A program made the position numbers and the translations under genes. Of a stretch of 64,000 nucleotides of DNA, positions 57,169 through 64,000 are shown piece by piece. Origin of the DNA: Corallococcus exercitus (GTDB taxonomy: Bacteria > Myxococcota > Myxococcia > Myxococcales > Myxococcaceae). The first letter of the stretch is position 1; every line of letters starts with the position of its first letter. The stretch spans positions 2,975,281 through 3,039,280 of the forward strand of contig NZ_CP102577.1 of assembly GCF_042231735.1 (NCBI RefSeq), written 5' to 3'. The notes below the pieces were generated by a model. It was not told the origin of the DNA, did no database searches, and saw nothing but the letters and a program-made list of their open reading frames with translations.

Positions 57169-59874
57169 TCAGTGCGCGTCCGCCCAGCTCTTCCCCGCGC
57201 CCACGTCCACCTTGAGCGGCACCTTCAGCTCGGCGACGGAGGCCATGCTCTTCACGGCCAGGGCCTTCACCGCGTCCACCTCCGCGTCCGGCGCCTCGAA
57301 GAGCAGTTCGTCGTGCACCTGCAGGAGCACGCGCGTCTTCAGCTTCTGCTCCCGCAGCGCCGCGTCCACGGCGAGCATGGCCTTCTTCATCAGGTCCGCG
57401 GCGGTGCCCTGGATGGGCATGTTGATGGCGGCTCTCTCCGCGGCCTGGGCCACGCCCCGGTTCTTGGAGAGCAGGTCCCCCATCAGGCGCCGGCGGCCGT
57501 AGAGCGTCTCCACGTAGCCCACCTTGCGCGCCTTCTCCACGGTGTCCTCCAGGTACTGGCGGATGCCCGCGTACCGGGTGAAGTACCGCTCGATGACGTC
57601 GCGCGCGTTCTCCTGCGAAATTCCCAGGCGCGTGGACAGGCCGTGCGCGGACAGGCCGTACGCGATGCCGAAGTTCACCGTCTTCGCCACGCGGCGCTGC
57701 TCGCGGTCCACGTCCTTGGGGTCCACGCCGAAGATCTCCGCCGCCGTGCGGCTGTGGATGTCCTCGTCGTTGCGGAAGGCCTCGATGAGCACCGGGTCCT
57801 CCGCGATGTGCGCCAGCAGCCGCAGCTCCACCTGCGAGTAGTCCGCGCTCACCAGCTGGTGCCCGGCCTCCGCCACGAAGGCGCGCCGGATTTCACGCCC
57901 CAGCTCGGAGCGGATGGGGATGTTCTGGAGGTTCGGGTCGGACGAGGACAGCCGGCCGGTGGCGGTGGCCGCCTGGTGGTACGTCGTGTGGATGCGCCCG
58001 TCCTTCGCCACCAGCGTGGGCAGCGTGTCCAGGTAGGTGCTCTTGAGCTTGGACAGGCCCCGGTACTCGATGAGCGCCCGCGCGAGCACGCTGTCGTGCT
58101 CCTCCGCCAGCTTCTCCAGCACCTCCTGATCCGTGGACGGGCCCGTCTTGCCCCGCTTGAGGATGGGCAGCTTCTGCTCCTCGTAGAGCACCTGCGCCAG
58201 CTGCGGGTTGGAGCCCAGGTTGAAGACGTGGCCCGCGGCCTGGTGGCACTCGGCCTCCTTCGCCTTCACCTCCACGTCCACGCGCTCGGAGGTGCGCGCC
58301 AGCTCCGCCACGTCCAGCTTCACGCCCTCGCGCTCCATGCGCGCGAGCACGGGCAACAGCGGCAGCTCCAGCGTGCGCGCCAGCTCCGCCAGCCCGCCCA
58401 GCTCCAGCTCCTTCCACAGCTCCGGCGCCAGCCTCCGCGCCGCGTCCGCGCGCACCGCGTACGCCGCGGCCACCTCGTCCGGCCCGTGGTCCGCCAGCGC
58501 CCTGCCCTTCTTGCCGCCCACGGACGCGGGCAGCGCGGGCAGCTCCGAGCGCAGCCGCTCGCGCGCCAGGTCCTCCAGCGCGTGCTCCCGGCGCGACGGG
58601 TTGAGCAGGTAGCTCAAGAGCTCCACGTCGTCGTGCGCGCCCTCCAGCGTCAGGCCTTCATTGGCCAGCACCAGCGTGAGCGCCTTGAGGTCGTGGCCGC
58701 CCTTCTTCACCGCCGCGTCCGCGATGACGTCCTTCATCACCGCGGTGAAGGCCGCCACCGGCACCTGCGTCGCGCCCAGCTGCTGGTGCCGCAAGGGCAC
58801 GTAGCGCGTATTTCCGTCCGGCAGCGCCACGCCCAGGCCCACCAGCGGCGCCGCGAAGGGCATGCCCTCGAAGGCGGGCACCAGCGTGAGCGCTCCGGCG
58901 GCCTTCGCCGCGTCCGCCAGCGCCTTCAGCTCCGCCTCGGTGGTGACCAGCGTGGTGGTGACGGCGAGCGGCGCCACGTCCGGACGGGCCGCGGGCTCCT
59001 CCGCCGGCAGGTCGCGCAAGAGCGCGAAGAACTCCAGCTCCGTGAACAAATCCCTCGCGCGCGTGGAGTCCGGAGGGCGGCGGACCAGGTCCTCCAGCTT
59101 CACGCCCAGGGACAGCCCGGTGTTGAAGGTCACGAGCTGCTTGGCGCGCACCAGGCTCTCGCGGTGGGACTCCAGCGCCGCGCGGATCTTCGGCTTCTTC
59201 ACTTCCTCCACGCGCGACAGCAGCGTCTCCACGTCGCCGAACTGGTGGAGCAGCTCCACCGCCGTCTTGTCACCCACGCCCGGCACCTTGGCGACGTTGT
59301 CCACCGCGTCGCCCACCAGGGCCAGGAAGTCGCGCACCTGCTTGGGCAGGATGCCCATCTTCTCCTGCACGTCCGCGATGCCGATGCGCTTGTTCTTCGC
59401 GGGGTCGAAGAGGGTGATGTCCTCGTCGACGATCTGCATGAAGTCCTTGTCGCTGGTGATGACCAGGACCTGGAACCCTTCGGCCTTCGCCTGGAGCGCC
59501 AGCGTGCCGATGACGTCGTCCGCCTCCCAGCCCTCCGCGTCCAGCGAGGGCAGGTTCAGCACGTCCCCCACCTTGCGGATGAGCGGGAACTGGGGCGTCA
59601 GGTCCTCGGGCGGCGCCTTGCGGTTCGCCTTGTACGTGGGGTCGATCTTCTGACGCTCCACACGGCCGGACTTGTCGAACGCCAGCGCCACGTGCGTGGG
59701 CTTCAGCTCCTGCAGGGCCTTGAGCACCATGCGGGTGAAGCCCAGCACCGCGTTGGTGGGCACCCCCTTGCTCGTCGTGAGCGGGGGGATGGCGTGGTAG
59801 GCGCGGAAGATGAAGCCAGAGGCGTCGAAGAGCGCCAGGCGGCGCTCGGAGCGCGGGGGGCTGGTGTCGGCCAT
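57169..59874 (-). CDS. polA: DNA polymerase I
   Basis: 5'-3' exonuclease N-terminus (FDASGFIFRAYHA...), a 3'-5' exonuclease-like region, and polymerase motifs A, B and C (SADYSQVELR, RRVAKTVNFGIAYG, VLLQVHDELLFEAP). Confidence 0.95.
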   Translation of the reverse strand: MADTSPPRSERRLALFDASGFIFRAYHAIPPLTTSKGVPTNAVLGFTRMVLKALQELKPTHVALAFDKSGRVERQKIDPTYKANRKAPPEDLTPQFPLIRKVGDVLNLPSLDAEGWEADDVIGTLALQAKAEGFQVLVITSDKDFMQIVDEDITLFDPAKNKRIGIADVQEKMGILPKQVRDFLALVGDAVDNVAKVPGVGDKTAVELLHQFGDVETLLSRVEEVKKPKIRAALESHRESLVRAKQLVTFNTGLSLGVKLEDLVRRPPDSTRARDLFTELEFFALLRDLPAEEPAARPDVAPLAVTTTLVTTEAELKALADAAKAAGALTLVPAFEGMPFAAPLVGLGVALPDGNTRYVPLRHQQLGATQVPVAAFTAVMKDVIADAAVKKGGHDLKALTLVLANEGLTLEGAHDDVELLSYLLNPSRREHALEDLARERLRSELPALPASVGGKKGRALADHGPDEVAAAYAVRADAARRLAPELWKELELGGLAELARTLELPLLPVLARMEREGVKLDVAELARTSERVDVEVKAKEAECHQAAGHVFNLGSNPQLAQVLYEEQKLPILKRGKTGPSTDQEVLEKLAEEHDSVLARALIEYRGLSKLKSTYLDTLPTLVAKDGRIHTTYHQAATATGRLSSSDPNLQNIPIRSELGREIRRAFVAEAGHQLVSADYSQVELRLLAHIAEDPVLIEAFRNDEDIHSRTAAEIFGVDPKDVDREQRRVAKTVNFGIAYGLSAHGLSTRLGISQENARDVIERYFTRYAGIRQYLEDTVEKARKVGYVETLYGRRRLMGDLLSKNRGVAQAAERAAINMPIQGTAADLMKKAMLAVDAALREQKLKTRVLLQVHDELLFEAPDAEVDAVKALAVKSMASVAELKVPLKVDVGAGKSWADAH

Positions 59875-59933
59875 CCCCCGTCCCTAGCGCGCCTCCCGCT
59901 CCCTGTCCACGAGGCCTCGCGGCCAAGCGCCGC

Positions 59934-62135
59934 TCAGCGGCACTTCAGCTCGGCCTTCTTCGCCTTCACCTGCTCCGCGATGCCGTCGCCCGGCACGGCG
60001 TAGTCCTCCACCACGGCCAGGTCCGAACAGCCGCCCACGGCGGACAGCGCGTTCTGCGCCTGCGTGGAGCAGAAGGCCACCACGCGGTTCAGGTCCGTGT
60101 TGCCCTTGAAGAAGTCGAAGCCCAGCTTCCAGATGCGGCAGCCGCGGCGGCGGTCCTCGCGGTCGGCGAAGTGCTTGCCGCGCAGGTAGGCCGCGTTCGC
60201 CATGTCCTGGAAGATGTTCTTCCGATAGAAGGACACGTGGGACTCGGCGAGCTCCGCCATGATGCGCTTGTCCGTCGCCAGCGCCTCCTTGAACGGCGCC
60301 ACCGCGCGCTCGGGGTCCTCGTTGGTGATGGCGCTCTCGCCCGTCTTGAAGAGCTGATCCACGTTGGACACGTCGCGGATGAGCTCGTCCGCCAGGGAGT
60401 GGAACTCCGCCTGGTCCACCTTCGCGCGCAGCTTCTGCAGCGTGGCCACGGACTCGCTGCCGCGGCCGGTCCAGTAGTCCATCATCGCCGCCTGGACGAG
60501 CTTCGGGGCGTAGCGCTTGCTGAACATGGCGCGCACCTCGCTGGCCTGATCCGGGCCCAGCTCATCCGCCGCCAGGATGTCGGACACCGGGCACGTCCAC
60601 GGCGCGGCGCCGCGGTCCACCCGCGTGCGGGCGATGAGGAACTTCACGAACATGGCGTCCTTGGGGCGCCAGTCGTTCCTGCGCAGGCCACCCTCCAGGC
60701 GGAGCGTCTGGCCAATGGGCGGCTCCAGGTCCTCCTTGCTCTGCTTCTGGCACCACACCTCCATGTACTCCTGGCAGCGCGGCACCGCGGGTCCCCACTG
60801 CGAGTTGTTCAGGTAGCGCTTGCAGTCGTCCTTCGCGCGCTCCACGAACTGCTCGGCCGTCTCCCGCGCCTTGGAGCGGGCGCGGCGGAAGTACTCGCTC
60901 TCCTTCGGAATCTTGCGCAGCAGCGTCAGCGCTTCCTTCTCGCGGTTGAGCTCGATGGCCTTCTTCGCGGCCTCGAAGTTGTCGAAGGCCTCCTTCTCCA
61001 GCTTGATGCGCCGCACGAGGGTGTTCGCCTCGGCGTTGATGGGGTCCATGTCGAGCACCTGCTCGCACGTGGCCTCGGCGCGCTCCCAGTTGGGGGCGCC
61101 CATCTCGTTGGAGGCATAGGAGCGGCACTCGCTGAGCAGCTCCTGCACCTGCTGCGCGGGATCCAACGGCGCGGCCGCGACGGGCTTCTGGGCCTTCGCC
61201 GGCCCGACGGAGGACTTCACCACCGCCGCCACCGCCAGCAGGGCCACCACGCCACCCGCGACCACCAGCAGCTTGCGCTTGCTGTCCGCCGCGGGCTCCG
61301 CCCGGCTGCCACGGCGGGGCGGCACCGCGCCCGTCCCCGGACGCCGCGCGGGCGTGTCGGAGGCCTCGTAGGTCATCTCCACCACGCCGAACTGGAGGAC
61401 GTCCCCGGGCTGCAGGTCGACGAACTCCTCGCCCAGCAGCTCGCCGTTGAGCAGGGTGCCGTTGGCGCTGCCCAGGTCGCGCGCGCGCACGGCGGTGCCC
61501 TCGCGCTGCACCTCCGCGTGCTTGCGGCTCACGGAGTCGTCATCCAGGACGACCGCCGCCGGAGGCGCCCGGCCCACCAGCACCGTGCCGCCGAGGGGAT
61601 AGGACTTGCCCGCCCACGGCCCCGTCATGCCCTTGAGCACCGGGCCCGCGCCCGCGCCCGCCCCGGCACCCGCGGGCACGGAGCGAGCGGGCCGCTTCGC
61701 CAGCGCGCCCTCGGGCCTCGCGGCGCCGTTCTGGGTGGCCTTGGCGCGGATGCTGGGCATGGCGCGCGTGCCCTTCACGGGCGCGTCCGCGAGCGTCGCG
61801 GGATCCTCGGGCGGAGGCGTCTTCGAGCGGCGGCCGCTGGTGCTCCGGGCGCTGCCCTTGAGCTTCAGCTCGTAGTCGCCCAGGAGCACCTGCGAGCCCG
61901 GCGTCAGCGCCGTGGGCCCGTCGATGCGCTCACCGTCCACGAAGGTGCCGTTCTGGCTGCCTCCGTCCTCGATGTAGACGGTGCCGCCCTCCGCGTAGAC
62001 GCGCGCGTGCTGCCGCGACACGCCGCCTTCCGTGAGGACCAGGTCATTGCCCTGCTGGCGGCCAATCTTCAGCTCGCCAGCGATCTCGTGCTCGTGCTCA
62101 GTGCCGTCAGGGTGACGGACGACCAGGGTTGCCAT
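59934..62135 (-). CDS. Membrane protein with two N-terminal FHA domains and a large C-terminal periplasmic TPR-like region
   Basis: FHA signatures (GR...DLVL....VSRQHARV...NGTFVDG and GR.......DDSVSRKHAEV...NGTLLNG), a single TM (LLVVAGGVVALLAVAAVV), and a Cys-containing helical C-terminal domain. Confidence 0.8.
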   Translation of the reverse strand: MATLVVRHPDGTEHEHEIAGELKIGRQQGNDLVLTEGGVSRQHARVYAEGGTVYIEDGGSQNGTFVDGERIDGPTALTPGSQVLLGDYELKLKGSARSTSGRRSKTPPPEDPATLADAPVKGTRAMPSIRAKATQNGAARPEGALAKRPARSVPAGAGAGAGAGPVLKGMTGPWAGKSYPLGGTVLVGRAPPAAVVLDDDSVSRKHAEVQREGTAVRARDLGSANGTLLNGELLGEEFVDLQPGDVLQFGVVEMTYEASDTPARRPGTGAVPPRRGSRAEPAADSKRKLLVVAGGVVALLAVAAVVKSSVGPAKAQKPVAAAPLDPAQQVQELLSECRSYASNEMGAPNWERAEATCEQVLDMDPINAEANTLVRRIKLEKEAFDNFEAAKKAIELNREKEALTLLRKIPKESEYFRRARSKARETAEQFVERAKDDCKRYLNNSQWGPAVPRCQEYMEVWCQKQSKEDLEPPIGQTLRLEGGLRRNDWRPKDAMFVKFLIARTRVDRGAAPWTCPVSDILAADELGPDQASEVRAMFSKRYAPKLVQAAMMDYWTGRGSESVATLQKLRAKVDQAEFHSLADELIRDVSNVDQLFKTGESAITNEDPERAVAPFKEALATDKRIMAELAESHVSFYRKNIFQDMANAAYLRGKHFADREDRRRGCRIWKLGFDFFKGNTDLNRVVAFCSTQAQNALSAVGGCSDLAVVEDYAVPGDGIAEQVKAKKAELKCR

Positions 62136-62142
62136 GGGCGCG

Positions 62143-63900
62143 TCAGTCCTCGCGGAAGATGCTCATGTTCACGGGAATGCCCTTGCGCTGGAGCTCGTCG
62201 TAGAACTTCGGCACGAAGCCCGAAGCCACGAAGCGCCCCCGCACCTTGTGGTCCTCCGTGAAACCGTCCTGCTTGTAATAGAAGATGTCCTGGAGGGTCA
62301 CGATGTCGACCTCCATGCCGGACACCTCCGTGACGAAGCAGATCTTGCGCGTCCCGTCGGAGAAGCGCGTCTGCTGCACGATGAGGTGCACGGCGCTGGC
62401 GATCTGCTCGCGGATGGCCTTCACCGGCAGCTCCATGCCGGACATGAGCACCATCGTCTCCAGCCGGGCGATGGCGTCGCGCGGCGTGTTCGCGTGCAGC
62501 GTGGTGAGCGAACCGTCGTGGCCGGTGTTCATGGCCTGGAGCATGTCCAGCGTCTCGCCGGAGCGGCACTCGCCCACGACGATGCGGTCGGGCCGCATGC
62601 GCAGGCAGTTCTTCACCAGCTCGCGGATGGTGATGGCGCCCTTGCCTTCCAGGTTGGGCGGGCGGCTCTCCAGCTGCACCCAGTGGTCCTGCGGCAGCTG
62701 AAGCTCCGCCGCGTCCTCCACCGTGATGATGCGCTCACCCTCCGGGATGAACGAGCTGATGATGTTCAGCGTCGTCGTCTTGCCGGAGCCCGTGCCGCCG
62801 GAGATGACGATGTTGCGGCGGGCCGTGACGCACATCTCCAGGAACTCGGCCATCTGCGCGGTGATGGTCTTGTACTTGATGAGGTCCTGGATCTTCAGCG
62901 CGTCCTTCTTGAACTTGCGGATGGTGATGCAGGGGCCCTTGAGCGCCAGCGGCGGGATGATGGCGTTCACGCGGCTGCCGTCCTTGAGGCGCGCGTCCAC
63001 CAGCGGGCTGGACTCGTCGATGCGCCGGCCAATGGGCGCCACGATGCGCTCGATGACGCCGAGCACCGCCTGGTTGGAGGAGAACGTCTTCTCCGACAGG
63101 GTCAGCTTGCCCTTGCGCTCGATGTAGATCTGGTTGGCGTGGTTCACCATGATCTCGCTGATCTCTTCCGACGCGAGGAACGCTTCCAGGGGCCCCAGGC
63201 CCAGCGCCTCGTTGATGACGTCGGTGAGCAGCTCCTCCCGGTCCACGTCCCCGGGAAGCTCCTGGTCCGCCTCCATCTGGTCGATGATGTCCCGGATGGC
63301 CTTCTCGGTGCGGCGCCAGAGCTCCTCGTCCCCGAGCCGGTCCATGTCCATGCGGCGCAGGTCCAGGTACTCGATGAGCCGGTCGTGGATCTCCTTCTGG
63401 AGCCGCGAGTAGCGCTCCAGCCGGGGGTCCACCTTGCGCTTGTTGCGGGCCATGGCCGCGGCCATGGACGCGGGCATGCGGCTGGGAGCGGCGGCGGCCG
63501 GCGCGGGCGCCTCCTCCTCCTCGTAGGCCTCTTCCTCCTCGTAGGCCTCTTCCTCCTCGTAGGCCTCCTCGCCCTGCTCCTCGTCGTAGCCCTCGTCGGC
63601 GGGCTCGTCGGGCAGCGGCTCGACGTTGAGGATGTAGTCGCCGATGGAGACCTGGTCGGTCGGCTTGAGCACCATGGGACCGGCGATCTTCTTGCCGTTC
63701 ACGAAGGTGCCGTTCGTGGACTTCATGTCCACGATGATGAAGCGGCCGTCCTTTTCGACGATGCGGGAGTGGTTCTTGGAGACGTTCCCCTTGGCGAGGA
63801 CGATGTCGTTGCCGGCAATCCGGCCGATCGTGATCTCGTTCTTGGGGTACTCCCGCTGCTCCGACCCGCCACCCTTCTCCGTCAGCGTGATGAGAAACAT
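62143..63900 (-). CDS. cpaF: Tad/Flp-pilus-type secretion ATPase (CpaF/TadA family) with an N-terminal FHA domain
   Basis: FHA (IGRIAGNDIVLAKGNVSKNHSRI...STNGTFVNG), an (EEAYEEEE)n linker, and the CpaF ATPase core (Walker A GGTGSGKTT, ITVEDAAEL, His box TLHANTPRDAI). Confidence 0.9.
   Translation of the reverse strand: MFLITLTEKGGGSEQREYPKNEITIGRIAGNDIVLAKGNVSKNHSRIVEKDGRFIIVDMKSTNGTFVNGKKIAGPMVLKPTDQVSIGDYILNVEPLPDEPADEGYDEEQGEEAYEEEEAYEEEEAYEEEEAPAPAAAAPSRMPASMAAAMARNKRKVDPRLERYSRLQKEIHDRLIEYLDLRRMDMDRLGDEELWRRTEKAIRDIIDQMEADQELPGDVDREELLTDVINEALGLGPLEAFLASEEISEIMVNHANQIYIERKGKLTLSEKTFSSNQAVLGVIERIVAPIGRRIDESSPLVDARLKDGSRVNAIIPPLALKGPCITIRKFKKDALKIQDLIKYKTITAQMAEFLEMCVTARRNIVISGGTGSGKTTTLNIISSFIPEGERIITVEDAAELQLPQDHWVQLESRPPNLEGKGAITIRELVKNCLRMRPDRIVVGECRSGETLDMLQAMNTGHDGSLTTLHANTPRDAIARLETMVLMSGMELPVKAIREQIASAVHLIVQQTRFSDGTRKICFVTEVSGMEVDIVTLQDIFYYKQDGFTEDHKVRGRFVASGFVPKFYDELQRKGIPVNMSIFRED
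63511..63572. repeat. Three tandem 18-bp coding repeats (EEAYEE linker)
   Basis: CTCCTCGTAGGCCTCTTC, three times. Confidence 0.7.
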
Positions 63901-64000
63901 GGGTCGGGATGCTACCAAGCCCTCCTACGACCTCAAAGACTCCTGCGACGCTCGCCCGCCTGCTGCCCGGTAACGAACGGGCCGGCACCCGCCCCCGCTG

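Noticed and set aside
1-64000. CRISPR arrays, rRNA and tRNA genes
   Set aside because: No regularly spaced direct repeats with unique spacers, no rRNA-like conserved stretches and no convincing cloverleaf candidates were seen on either strand.

Overview
This window is a ~70% GC chromosomal segment with Myxococcales-type content: SBBP beta-propeller repeats, a MYXO-CTERM sorting tail, an FHA-CpaF Tad-like ATPase, and many lipoproteins and secreted proteins. Most of it is dense core or housekeeping coding, including proC, a P450, pepN, an SDR, a LysR regulator, a PAH-like hydroxylase, dacB, prolyl oligopeptidase, DivIVA, YggU and polA. All genes were called by reading the six-frame track and recognising motifs from memory, with no searches run. 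The many very long antisense ORFs in the track are GC artefacts. Coordinates I counted by hand, as opposed to those taken from the track, may be off by 1-2 nt. The main items of interest are: (1) a full-length bacterial homolog of the eukaryotic major vault protein (30861..33140); (2) a Fic-family gene translationally coupled to two tandem paralogous genes of unknown function sharing a GGYCWCH motif; (3) a 1.66-kb insertion with 16-bp inverted ends, carrying a GntR/FadR-type regulator but no transposase, inside an SBBP-repeat gene, whose precise excision restores the reading frame; (4) an accessory-looking patch at about 9-15.4 kb with atypical codon usage, an IS5-family transposase remnant and a truncated paralog; (5) an AT-rich islet with a near-consensus Fur box upstream of an HmuY-like lipoprotein and HEXXH metalloprotease operon; (6) a secreted protein made of three near-identical tandem repeats; (7) a protein fusing a macro-like domain to a nucleoside-deoxyribosyltransferase-like domain; (8) an rdgC-like gene split into two overlapping ORFs. 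No rRNA, tRNA or CRISPR array was found.
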